Program-made: the position numbers and the translations under genes
Origin: Cyanobacteria bacterium P01_D01_bin.156
Lineage (GTDB): Bacteria; Cyanobacteriota; Cyanobacteriia; Phormidesmidales; Phormidesmidaceae
Assembly (NCBI GenBank): GCA_039024555.1
Contig: JBCCQQ010000004.1
Span: forward strand, 96,001-160,000
DNA length: 64,000 nt
Reading direction: 5' to 3'
The notes under the pieces: model-generated
What the model saw: only the letters and a program-made list of their open reading frames with translations
Database searches by the model: none
What the model was told of the DNA's origin: nothing
Shown: piece by piece, positions 51,281-60,865 of the stretch
Layout of the letters: the number at the start of each line of letters is the position of its first letter
Numbering within the stretch: position 1 is the first letter of the stretch

Positions 51281-52198
51281 TCAAGCTTCATAACCAGGAA
51301 ATGACAGCAGGCCAGGGCCATCGGCGCTGGCCTCTATTTTTGCCGTTATTCCAAAGGGTAGGGCTGCATTTACACCATCGTGGCCAAAGGGTAGGTTAGC
51401 CACAATGGGAACGCTGAGGTCTCCTAGGCGTTCTTGCAACACTTCTACAGCAGAAAAGCTAGGTACGTTAGCAGGCGGTTCACACTGACTAAAGCGACCC
51501 AGGGCAATACCTGCAATCTGTTCAAATTTGCCTAACATGCGCCAGTAAGTCAGCATGCGATCCAGACGATAGGGAGCTTCGGTAACATCCTCAAAGGCAA
51601 GAATTGCTCCGGTTAGATCAGGTTCATGAGGAGTCCCCAGCAGGCAGGTGGCTACAGTGAGGTTGGCCGGAAGCAGTTTTCCGATTGCAGTGCCGCCGCC
51701 CCAGCTATCGCCTGTAAGGGGTTCTAGGGTGTGATGCTCTAGCCAGTTAAATAGTCTATTTAAGGACCAGTCAGGCTCTTGGCTAATAGTGGTCAGCAGT
51801 GGGCCATGGATGCCGCCGCTTAGCTGCCCGCTCCACAGCAGACTGGTGATATCAGAAAAGCCGACTAGCCATTTGTTGGTGTGCTGGTTATCAGAGGTTT
51901 GGGGCCACTGCCAGTTTTCTAATAGGCGGGTGCCACCGTAGCCGCCTCGAACGCACAGAATAGCTTTGTAGTTGGGATTTGTGATGGCTTCTAGCAGCTG
52001 TCCTCGCCGTTGATTATCGTTGCCTGCTAAGTACCCCCAACGTTCGTTATAGGTAGGACTTAGCTCTATTTGATAGCCGCGATCGCGCCAGACTTGTAAC
52101 CCTGCCTGGAATTTTTCCGTTGCTCGTAAAGTCCCACTGGGTGCGATCGCAAAAAGAACATCGCCAGAGGTCAGAGGCACGGGCAGGCTGTCATTCAT
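51281..52198 (-). CDS. LD-carboxypeptidase (S66 family)
   Basis: APSG, YLAG.D..R, RGGYG, GFSDIT, EDV.E.PYR.DR, FGH. Confidence 0.93.
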   Translation of the reverse strand: MNDSLPVPLTSGDVLFAIAPSGTLRATEKFQAGLQVWRDRGYQIELSPTYNERWGYLAGNDNQRRGQLLEAITNPNYKAILCVRGGYGGTRLLENWQWPQTSDNQHTNKWLVGFSDITSLLWSGQLSGGIHGPLLTTISQEPDWSLNRLFNWLEHHTLEPLTGDSWGGGTAIGKLLPANLTVATCLLGTPHEPDLTGAILAFEDVTEAPYRLDRMLTYWRMLGKFEQIAGIALGRFSQCEPPANVPSFSAVEVLQERLGDLSVPIVANLPFGHDGVNAALPFGITAKIEASADGPGLLSFPGYEA

Positions 52199-52246
52199 GA
52201 AGAAACCTAGCAGAAATCGCTTCCGATCATGTCACATACCACGCCA

Positions 52247-53980
52247 TCAATCATTGTTACGTTGCCAAATAGTGACGGTTTCATCTTGGCTGCTGCTTAT
52301 AAGTGTGTGCCCATCAAAGGCAATGGCAACGACTCCCCACCCTTGAGCGAGTTCTGAAACACATTGTCCACACGCCCCGTCATAAACCCGCAGTGCATTG
52401 CCATCAGTACCTACAGCTAAGAGTCGAGCATCGGGACTTAGGGCAATGCTGGTAATGCTATCTAGCCCGGAACATAGCTGCATCGCCTCAAGGGGCTGTC
52501 CCACTACCTGACCGACAGGCCAAACCGTTACCTCCCCACGATCATCACCAATGACCACATAGTCGCCGTTGGGATGTAGGGCTAATCCTTTGCTTGCAGT
52601 AATCGGCACGGTTTGTAGCAAACGCTTTTCTGATAAGGACCAAACCCGCAAGGTGAGATCGCGACCAATGCTCACTAGTCGTTTACGCTTAGCTGCAATA
52701 CGATTCACCCAATCCTGGTGCTGATTAAACCGATGGCAAATCTCCAACCGGTCTAAGTCCCATACGGCAATCAGTCCAGCACCATCACTGACAATCAGGT
52801 AGGGAAGCGCAACAGCTAGATCCGTGGGCTGCCACCCTGATTGCTTTAGGGTCTGAATCACCGTTCCCTGGACAAGGTCCCAAAGTTTCACAGTGCCATC
52901 ATTGCTAGCACTGTAGAGAATCGATTTGTGGGGATGAAAGGCTAACGCCGTGATGCGATCGCGATGGCCGCGCCCCGGCAACGGATAGACATTGGTGGCA
53001 TCAGCCAAGTTGCAAAGTAATACCTTGCCGTCATTGGCCCCTAAAGCTAGGGTGCCATTTTTCAGGGCCAGGGCAGTGGTAATCCCCGTTTGCAGCTGGT
53101 AGAGGGGCTGCCAAGAAATGCGTTCTAACGAGTTAGGTAGGGCTGGAGCAGGTGCGATCGCTCTAGACAGGGCTTTGTTGATAGTCAGATTTTTGGGCAG
53201 GAAGCCCCGAGCTTTGTTTAACAGCGTTTGTGGACTAGTCTGCTTGAGATCTTTAATAACGTGTTCAGCCTTGGCATAGCGGTCTTCCAAGGAGCGTTTT
53301 AGCATTTTATGAAGCACCTGGCTCAGTTTTTTGGGCAAGGGCTGAGCCACAAGATCAGGCCAAATCCAGCGATTATCCGCTACGGAATAGAGATCGAATG
53401 GGGAAAAGCCAGTCAGTAGGTGAATGGCCACTAGACCTAAGCTGTAGAGGTCGCTAGCGTAAACCAACGTACCTAAAGCCTGCTCAGGAGCAGCATAAGC
53501 GGCATCTCCTCCAGTCGTGGCTAAAGTCGGATTTTGCCGTTTTAGACGCTGGGTAATGCGAAAATCCACCAGAATGGGTTGCCCAACCTGACGAATATTA
53601 ATGGGTCGAATATCACCGTGGACTAAACGAAAGCTATGAAGATGCTCTAACAGGGTCAGTAGCGAGAGCAGCCAAGCTTCCACTTGATGTGGAGGCCACG
53701 GAAGAATTTCTGTTTGATTAATGGAGGCAGCTGTGATGTACTCGAAGGAAAAAAACTGACCGTCAGGGGTTTGCCAACTGTTGAGCAAGGTGGGGAACTG
53801 GGGATGCTGGGTAACGGCAGTCAGGCGTTTTGTCAGACTCTCCAGCGGTTCTTGGGGGGTATAAACCTGTTTGACAACACAGACTTGAGATTCACCAGGA
53901 TTCAGCAAGCGGGCGAGATTTGTTTGTCCGTTAACCCCTTTGCCAAGAGGCTCGATAATTTCATAACGGGTGGAATGCAC
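52247..53980 (-). CDS. Ser/Thr kinase-like domain fused to WD40 repeats (probable pseudokinase)
   Basis: GKGVNG, VVK, HGDIRPINI, DFR in place of DFG, YAAPEQ, SDLYSLG; WD40 units SASNDGTVKLWD and SSSQDETVTIW. Confidence 0.85.
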   Translation of the reverse strand: MHSTRYEIIEPLGKGVNGQTNLARLLNPGESQVCVVKQVYTPQEPLESLTKRLTAVTQHPQFPTLLNSWQTPDGQFFSFEYITAASINQTEILPWPPHQVEAWLLSLLTLLEHLHSFRLVHGDIRPINIRQVGQPILVDFRITQRLKRQNPTLATTGGDAAYAAPEQALGTLVYASDLYSLGLVAIHLLTGFSPFDLYSVADNRWIWPDLVAQPLPKKLSQVLHKMLKRSLEDRYAKAEHVIKDLKQTSPQTLLNKARGFLPKNLTINKALSRAIAPAPALPNSLERISWQPLYQLQTGITTALALKNGTLALGANDGKVLLCNLADATNVYPLPGRGHRDRITALAFHPHKSILYSASNDGTVKLWDLVQGTVIQTLKQSGWQPTDLAVALPYLIVSDGAGLIAVWDLDRLEICHRFNQHQDWVNRIAAKRKRLVSIGRDLTLRVWSLSEKRLLQTVPITASKGLALHPNGDYVVIGDDRGEVTVWPVGQVVGQPLEAMQLCSGLDSITSIALSPDARLLAVGTDGNALRVYDGACGQCVSELAQGWGVVAIAFDGHTLISSSQDETVTIWQRNND

Positions 53981-54037
53981 GATTTACGATGCCTATGATG
54001 GTGGGCTGTCTATCGTGGGGTAGGACACGGTGACAAC

Positions 54038-54319
54038 CTATGTGGGGATGGCTTCGCCAGGACGTAGTCTGGCCCATTTGCCCTGCTCTTGCTGGAAGCT
54101 GTCGCAGCCCACTACGTCATATTCAAAGCCAAAATCACCGGACTGTACAATGCGATCGCCTTCAACACTGACCACAGGGGGCTGAATATTGGCATTAATG
54201 GTTGGATTTTGAGGCTCAAAATCTGGGGTATTGGTCAGGTGAGGTTGCCGATGATTGGTTTCGACCGCATGATAAGTGATGCAACGATCCACATAATGGC
54301 AGTTGATGCAAATACACAT
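54038..54319 (-). CDS. ycf34: Ycf34 family protein
   Basis: MCIC.NC.YVDRC.TYH.VE..H..PHL, DVVGC.SF..E.GKW. Confidence 0.9.
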   Translation of the reverse strand: MCICINCHYVDRCITYHAVETNHRQPHLTNTPDFEPQNPTINANIQPPVVSVEGDRIVQSGDFGFEYDVVGCDSFQQEQGKWARLRPGEAIPT

Positions 54320-54618
54320 AGTGAGGGAAAAGTGGATTTATGGCTGGCCGCTAAAAATTGATGCGATAAATGATGAAGAGAACTGTAGTTACCTGCAAAG
54401 CAGCACCTACAGACAAGTAGGTTGAATACTTTGCCCCTACTTTAGCGCAGCTAAAATGTACACAAGGTATTTTGTTTCAAATTTTTCGGTTATCGACTTT
54501 TTCTGGAGAAGACCTAGCCAATCCTTGACCAATAGATTAAAAATGGCGTCGAAATAGGTGCTTACAGGCGACGCGATATAGGAGAATTGTAAGCCGCACT
54601 ACGTTTGGAGCTGCATCG

Positions 54619-55899
54619 TTGAATTTAGTTTCGTCTATGGCGTCTGCCTTAATCCCCAAAACATGGCCCTTTGATAGCCGCTTGCTGCCGGAAACAGCCT
54701 GCGTAGTCGGAGGCTCGGTACGGGATGCTTTATTGAAACGCCAGGCGGAGTATTTAGATTTAGACTTTGTGCTACCGGATGGAGCAGTTGCGATCGCTAG
54801 CGACATTGCCAAACGCTATCGGGCAGGCTTTGTCGTACTCGATGCCGACAACCAGATTGCTAGGGCCGTATTCGACGAAGCCACTATCGACTTTGCACAG
54901 CAAGTCGGGCCGACCTTAGAGACCGACCTCCAGCGGCGAGACTTTACCATCAACGCCATTGCTTACCATCCCCAAAGCGATCGCTTGATTGACCCCCTCA
55001 ATGGCATGGCTGATCTAAAGCAGCAAACCCTGCGTATGGTGAGCCGTGAAAATCTGGCGGAGGACCCGCTCAGGCTACTGCGGGCCTACCGTCAGGCAGC
55101 CCAACTAGGATTCACCATTGATAGCAATACCCGACGTACCATTCGTGAGCTAGCCCCGCTACTTAAAGGGATTGCAGCCGAGCGTATCCGCCATGAGTTG
55201 GATGCACTTTTAAGTCAGCCCAATGGAGCTACTTGTTTTCGGATGGCTTGGCAAGATGGGTTATTTAATAGCTGGCTACCTCATCTAACGGCCAACCATG
55301 CCGAACAGCTGACCCTGTTAGACCGAGCTCTGGCTAAGCTACCTAAGGTATCTGGCTATCTAGGATTACTCCACGGCTGGAAAGAACCGGTTCCAGCTGG
55401 ACACTACCGTAGCTGGATCAAAGCGGCGCGGCTGAGTCAGCTGTTGCCTAGCGAAGAAGAGGTCGCTAACCGTTGGCTGACCCGATTAAAGTACAGCCGC
55501 AGCGAAGGTCAAGCCATTTATCGGGTTATGCAAACCCAGACCTATGTGGAACGACTGGTTATCCAGGAAGGCTATCTCTCCCGAGCAGATGAATTTTTTA
55601 TGTTCAAAACTGCTGGTACCAGCTTTCCTGCGGTGTCTCTTGTCGCGCTTTCCGCCGGGGTCCCAGCTGAAACTGTGGTTGCTATGGTTAAGCGATATCA
55701 GAACGCTGAAGATATCATTGCCCATCCAGTCCCTTTAGTCAGTGGAAAAGATTTAATGCGTACCTTGAGGCTCAAATCGGGTCCCCATATCGGTCGTTTA
55801 CTCAGTGCGATTGAACAGGCTCAAGCTCAGGGAACCTTGACCACGGCCCAGGAAGCATTGGCTTGGGCGAGGAAATGGTCGGATCCAGTAGAGATTTAA
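54619..55899 (+). CDS. Class II tRNA nucleotidyltransferase (probably CC-adding)
   Basis: VGGSVRDALL, DLDF, DL.RRDFTINA, DP..G..DL, EDPLRLLR, ERI..EL; start may be ATG 54637. Confidence 0.88.
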   Translation: MNLVSSMASALIPKTWPFDSRLLPETACVVGGSVRDALLKRQAEYLDLDFVLPDGAVAIASDIAKRYRAGFVVLDADNQIARAVFDEATIDFAQQVGPTLETDLQRRDFTINAIAYHPQSDRLIDPLNGMADLKQQTLRMVSRENLAEDPLRLLRAYRQAAQLGFTIDSNTRRTIRELAPLLKGIAAERIRHELDALLSQPNGATCFRMAWQDGLFNSWLPHLTANHAEQLTLLDRALAKLPKVSGYLGLLHGWKEPVPAGHYRSWIKAARLSQLLPSEEEVANRWLTRLKYSRSEGQAIYRVMQTQTYVERLVIQEGYLSRADEFFMFKTAGTSFPAVSLVALSAGVPAETVVAMVKRYQNAEDIIAHPVPLVSGKDLMRTLRLKSGPHIGRLLSAIEQAQAQGTLTTAQEALAWARKWSDPVEI

Positions 55900-55902
55900 A
55901 AA

Positions 55903-55949
55903 TCAAAAAATACTCGCCGAGGTTGCATATCTCGGCGATTATTTTTTGA
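55903..55949. terminator. Bidirectional terminator
   Basis: TCAAAAAATACTCGCCGAG...CTCGGCGATTATTTTTTGA between convergent genes. Confidence 0.8.
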
Positions 55950-56067
55950 ACGGGTTTACCTAATCAGGTATTTAAGTTGGGTCTGTTGTTTTCGATGAAA
56001 CCCTCTAAGGGGTGAAATTTTCAAAACCTTATACTCCACCAAACACCAGAATCGGCGGGCAAACAAT

Positions 56068-56229
56068 CTACAGCTTGGGATTAACGGCAACATCTCCGTC
56101 CGCAATACGAACTACAAACTCAGTACCATTGGGCTTATCTTGAGAGGTTTTCTTGTCTGGCTTTTTGTTGCCACTCAACATCACGATTGAACCAGCTATT
56201 GCCAAACCGAGAATCATCGACATATCCAT
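56068..56229 (-). CDS. 53-aa small protein, hydrophobic N-terminus plus Lys-rich tail
   Basis: MDMSMILGLAIAGSIVMLSGNKKPDKKTSQDKPNGTEFVVRIADGDVAVNPKL; AAGGAG RBS before ATG 56229. Confidence 0.7.
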   Translation of the reverse strand: MDMSMILGLAIAGSIVMLSGNKKPDKKTSQDKPNGTEFVVRIADGDVAVNPKL

Positions 56230-56466
56230 AATCAGGGCTCCTTGGTAGCAATCCATAGTAAGAAACAAGCTTGCCAGCCCTTATTCCAGAAAAAACTCCA
56301 TGTTTTCTCGGATAGTCAATTTAATTATTACTGGGCTTTACACCCCCTCTCAGTACAGTCACGGGGGCTGTTTTATGAAGTTTTGAGCCTAGAGAATACA
56401 GCAAGCACCCACTGGATGAGTTAAGACCTTTGGTATAGTTATTGACCGACATTGTTCTAGTCGCCG

Positions 56467-57924
56467 ATGGTTCGCACCTCTACCCTCAGGTTTGATCGTG
56501 GCACGTTGATTTTGCATCCACCACCCCGAGGAAAAGGCTGGATTGAACATGCTGTTTGGGATGATCGCATTGAGCGCTTTCGTATTCCGGCCCATTGCTA
56601 TCGCACTCTGTTGGAAACGCTGCGACAGGAGCAAGTTACCATCGATGACCAGGTGGCTGACTTTAAGCCACTGGAACTGATTCCAAAATTAACCTACAAA
56701 CCCTATCCCCACCAAAGCGAAGCATTGACCGCTTGGCAACACAATCGGTGGCAAGGGGTAGTGGTTTTACCAACGGCAGCGGGTAAAACCTATGTGGCTC
56801 AGTTGGCACTGCAGGCAATTCCCCGCAGTACGTTAATAACCGTACCGACCCTAGACTTGATGCACCAGTGGTACGCCCATCTGGAAACGGCCTTTCCAGA
56901 TGCAGATATTGGTTTATTGGGTGGAGGCAGTCGCGATCGCAGCGATATTCTGGTAGCCACCTACGATAGTGCAGCAATCCATGCAGAGAACTTAGGCAAC
57001 CGTTACGGGCTGCTGATATGCGATGAGTGTCACCATTTACCCAGCGATTTTAACCGAGTGATTGCAGAATATGCGATCGCACCCTACCGTCTTGGACTCA
57101 CAGCAACTCCAGATCGAGCCGATGGTCGCCATAGCGATCTCGACCAGCTGCTAGGACCAGTTGTATATAGCCGAACAGCAGAAGAACTATCCGGACAGGC
57201 ACTTGCTCCATATCAAGTGATCCAGCTAAAAGTTTCCCTCTCCGAAATAGAACGTCGTCGTTATAGTGAGTTAATTCAACAACGCAACAGCTTTTTACAA
57301 GACTCAAAAATCTGGTTGAGCAGCCCTGAAGGATGGAAGCGATTTGTCACCGCCAGTGCCCGTTCCCAAGCCGGGCGGCGAGCCATGCTAGCCCACCGAG
57401 AGGCCAAAACCATTGCCCTAGGCACAGCCGGTAAACTGCACATTTTACAGGACTTACTCGCCCAGCATTATCCAGAACGCACCATTATTTTTACCAACGA
57501 TAACGCCACAGTTTACAAAATCTCCCAAGACTTTTTGATTCCTGCCATTACCCATCAAACTCCCGTCAAAGAGCGACGACACATCCTCCAAAATTTTCGC
57601 AATGGTCACTACACCACCATTGTGGTTTCCCACGTGCTTAATGAAGGGGTGGACGTGCCCGAAGCCCGGGTGGCCATCTTGCTATCGGGCAGTGGTTCCA
57701 CAAGAGAATATATCCAACGATTGGGACGAGTGCTGCGCAAAGGCGATGGCAACAAACTAGCGTTGCTATATGAGGTCATTGCAGAAGAAACCACAGAGGA
57801 GAATATTGCCCGCCGCCGTAAACAATCTCCCAGCAAACGCAATCAAAACCCATACTCAGTCAAACCCACACAGCTGCCTCTAGCAGCTGAGCAAGGCTGG
57901 GAATCAGAAGATTTGCCTTACTAA
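56467..57924 (+). CDS. XPB/Rad25-like superfamily 2 helicase
   Basis: LPTAAGKT, DECHH, GLTATP, EGVDVP, QRLGR.LR. Confidence 0.9.
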   Translation: MVRTSTLRFDRGTLILHPPPRGKGWIEHAVWDDRIERFRIPAHCYRTLLETLRQEQVTIDDQVADFKPLELIPKLTYKPYPHQSEALTAWQHNRWQGVVVLPTAAGKTYVAQLALQAIPRSTLITVPTLDLMHQWYAHLETAFPDADIGLLGGGSRDRSDILVATYDSAAIHAENLGNRYGLLICDECHHLPSDFNRVIAEYAIAPYRLGLTATPDRADGRHSDLDQLLGPVVYSRTAEELSGQALAPYQVIQLKVSLSEIERRRYSELIQQRNSFLQDSKIWLSSPEGWKRFVTASARSQAGRRAMLAHREAKTIALGTAGKLHILQDLLAQHYPERTIIFTNDNATVYKISQDFLIPAITHQTPVKERRHILQNFRNGHYTTIVVSHVLNEGVDVPEARVAILLSGSGSTREYIQRLGRVLRKGDGNKLALLYEVIAEETTEENIARRRKQSPSKRNQNPYSVKPTQLPLAAEQGWESEDLPY

Positions 57925-58126
57925 CATTCTGACGTTTCTGATTCTCAGGATTATTGTGTCTTTAAAGTTCTGCACTATGCAAAAGATTACAGATTATTTC
58001 TCTTCCTAAATCAGGAACTGTAGGTCTTAGGAGCTGTCAAGAAACGACTTCACGGTTTAAGCTTGAAAAGCTTGTTAAGCCATGATTTAAATGCACAAGG
58101 CCAGGGTTCTATTTTTTAACAAGCCC

Positions 58127-60145
58127 TTAAACAGCCTGTGATGCAGCAACGGCCTTATTGATAAAATCAGTAAAGGTAGGTTCATCAGATAACGCATTGA
58201 TCGGCAAGGCAATCAAAAATTCAGTTCCCTTACCCAGCTTAGAGCGCACATTGATCGCTCCCTGATGTTGTTGAATGATCTTAAAACAGATTCCCAACCC
58301 TAGCCCTGTTCCCTTGCCCACAGGTTTGGTCGTAAAAAACGGGTCAAAGATCTTATCTTGAATATCGGCAGGAATACCCGGCCCGCTATCACGAATAACA
58401 ATTTCGATATGGCCGTTATCAACTTCACGAGTGATGATGGAAATACGCTTAGAGCTGCAGTTCGCGTCAAACATAGCATCCAAAGCATTGGAAATAATAT
58501 TGGTAAAAACCTGATTAATTTGGGCAGGCAAACAACGTACAAGAGGCAAATCACCATAATCTTTGATGACGGTCACGTCGTATTTAATGCGATGATTGAG
58601 AATCAACAGCGTGCTATCTAACCCCTCATGGATATCAACATCTTTAACAGTGGCCTCGTCTAAACGAGAGAAATTCCGTAGCGATCGCACAATCTCATGC
58701 ACCCGCTGAGTACCTACATTCATTGATGTTAAAACCTTATTTAAGTCCTCCAAAACAAAGTCAAAATCGACCTCTTTCCGTTTTTTAACGATAGCAGCAG
58801 CAGGCTCAGGATATGTAGCTTCGTAGGTTTTAATCAGTCCTAATAAATCTTGAAAATAATCTTCTAAGGGTTCAATATTACCTTGAATAAAACTGATGGG
58901 ATTATTAATCTCATGGGCAATACCAGCCACCATTTGCCCGAGACTCGACATCTTCTCTGTTTGAATCAGTTGCGCCTGGGTTTCCTTAAGCTTATGGAGG
59001 GTATCCGACAGTTCTTTTGTTCGCTCAGCCACACGAGATTCCAGGGTTTGAGCGGAAATTTCAAGCTCATAGGTATATTGGCTAACCCATTCAATCAACT
59101 GATTTACAGATAGGGCTAAAACACTGATATCATCTTTTGTATTTGCCGTTGCCCTTAGGTCAAAGCGATTTTCACCTGCAACTCGTTGAGCGATTAGAGA
59201 AATATCCAGAATAGGTCGTGCAACCCGTTGAGCAATCCAATAGCCCAAGATTGTTGTAATCAGCGCGCCCAGAATAGCCATAGGCAAAATAGACAGCCAC
59301 AGTGTTTGTAAAGACTGGGAAAAAGGTTTTTGAGATACCAACAGCACTAGCTTAAAAGTCTGTCCATCAATTCCTTCAAGCAGGGTAGACTGGGTTCCAA
59401 ATTCCTGCCCTGAGAAAGTAATAGACGGTTTTATGTTGTCTAGATATAGCTGATCCAGTTGACTTGTATTAAAATCAGCCGGAAACGTAGAAGCAACAAC
59501 GCCACTATCGCCAATAATCAAAATCTGTTCTTTGATCGATTCGTTAATCTGACGTAATAGCTCATTATTAAGGGCCGTACCTAAAATAATTCCACCGACA
59601 ACAGTTTGATCATTCTTAATGGGTGCAGCGCCCATTAGGATCGGTGGATTTGAAGAATCTGTAATGACTACTGTAGAAGCCGAAACGTCTGAGCCTTTAA
59701 GCAAACGCTTTTGCAATGGTTTAGATTGAATACGATCGCTCCCCAATAAGGAATCTTGAAGATGGAATAGCGGATATTGACCGCGTTTGATAATGGTAAC
59801 TATATGGGTATTGAGAATAGCAGCAGCGGGTAGAATACCTTGCCTAAGCTGATCAGGGTTCGCGCGGGTAGTGTTTTGAATAATTTGTTCTTTGAGAGCT
59901 AAAAGACGCGCTTCTTTTTCCAGATAATAAAGTTCCTTATCGATTTCTCCCTTTACTAAATCAATGAGCTCTTCAGCCTGACTTCTCTGCTGTTGCCCTA
60001 GCTGATTAGCAAATACAATACCCACAGCTGTTGCACTGCCTGCCCAAAATATCAGAAACATGACAATAAAAGGCACGCTAATTTTTAAGGGCAGCGAAGC
60101 ATTTTGATAGCTGAGTAATATTTTTTTATAGAAGGCTAAACCCAT
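58127..60145 (-). CDS. Sensor histidine kinase (periplasmic Cache-like domain plus HAMP)
   Basis: Two TM segments, HAMP, EKMSSLGQMVAGIAHEINNP, NQVF.NII.NA.DA, DSGPGI, FDPFFTTKPVGKGTGLGL. Confidence 0.93.
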   Translation of the reverse strand: MGLAFYKKILLSYQNASLPLKISVPFIVMFLIFWAGSATAVGIVFANQLGQQQRSQAEELIDLVKGEIDKELYYLEKEARLLALKEQIIQNTTRANPDQLRQGILPAAAILNTHIVTIIKRGQYPLFHLQDSLLGSDRIQSKPLQKRLLKGSDVSASTVVITDSSNPPILMGAAPIKNDQTVVGGIILGTALNNELLRQINESIKEQILIIGDSGVVASTFPADFNTSQLDQLYLDNIKPSITFSGQEFGTQSTLLEGIDGQTFKLVLLVSQKPFSQSLQTLWLSILPMAILGALITTILGYWIAQRVARPILDISLIAQRVAGENRFDLRATANTKDDISVLALSVNQLIEWVSQYTYELEISAQTLESRVAERTKELSDTLHKLKETQAQLIQTEKMSSLGQMVAGIAHEINNPISFIQGNIEPLEDYFQDLLGLIKTYEATYPEPAAAIVKKRKEVDFDFVLEDLNKVLTSMNVGTQRVHEIVRSLRNFSRLDEATVKDVDIHEGLDSTLLILNHRIKYDVTVIKDYGDLPLVRCLPAQINQVFTNIISNALDAMFDANCSSKRISIITREVDNGHIEIVIRDSGPGIPADIQDKIFDPFFTTKPVGKGTGLGLGICFKIIQQHQGAINVRSKLGKGTEFLIALPINALSDEPTFTDFINKAVAASQAV

Positions 60146-60865
60146 GGGTTAAGAAATCTAAGATAGGGTACCTGTTACCGAGTAGATAAATAGCAGCCAT
60201 AGCGCATGTGTGAGTCAGTAAAGGCAGTCATAAGCTGCTGGCATAAAACTAACCCTCATTGACAACCGAATATCTCACAAAATAGCGTTGTCGTGCATCA
60301 TACTTTTCTTTCAAAGCCTACCAAAGAAGAAAAACTGAAAGCTCGCGAAGCGTCTAATCCTTGCACAACAATCATTTAAACAACGCATACTCCTTGTTAA
60401 CCTACCGTCGTAGACTCAATCCCCCAGGCAGCTACTAAATGATTACGCCAACTCCTGGTTCGAATCCGCTATAAATTACCCTGAGAAATCTCTTTTTTCG
60501 TATTGTATTGATGAACTCTTCTCCAAAAATTGAGTTTTTTTGGCAAAGCTGCCGCCTTCCAGCAACCTGATGCCACAGCTAAGATTACTGGCAATACTTA
60601 CACAGTCCTCTCGTCAATTTAATGGGCACAATCAATATCTGCATTGCACTCCACGTATAAATTCATACATGCTACACCTTAGGAGACCCAGTGTTAGATA
60701 GTAACAACATTATCGTCCCTAGTCGGTGCAGCAACAACTTATACCCTAGGCAGCTCAATTATTTCAGCACTAGCACAGTCAAAAAAGCTAAACTGTGCAA
60801 TCAATCTACCCCCATAGATAGCTGCCCAGGTTACACTACTAGCCTATTGTTTTCTGCGTTTACTG

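Noticed and set aside
55950..56040. Possible 22-aa TTG-start ORF downstream of the 53-aa microprotein on the minus strand
   Set aside because: Very short, weak start and no distinguishing features.
60453..60470. GGTTCGAATCC resembling a tRNA T-loop
   Set aside because: The T-stem pairs for only 2 bp and I could not build acceptor, D or anticodon arms.
60146..60865. Long intergenic region upstream of the histidine kinase as a possible riboswitch
   Set aside because: No complete c-di-GMP, c-di-AMP, cobalamin or glnA motif recognised by eye; an Infernal/Rfam scan would be needed.
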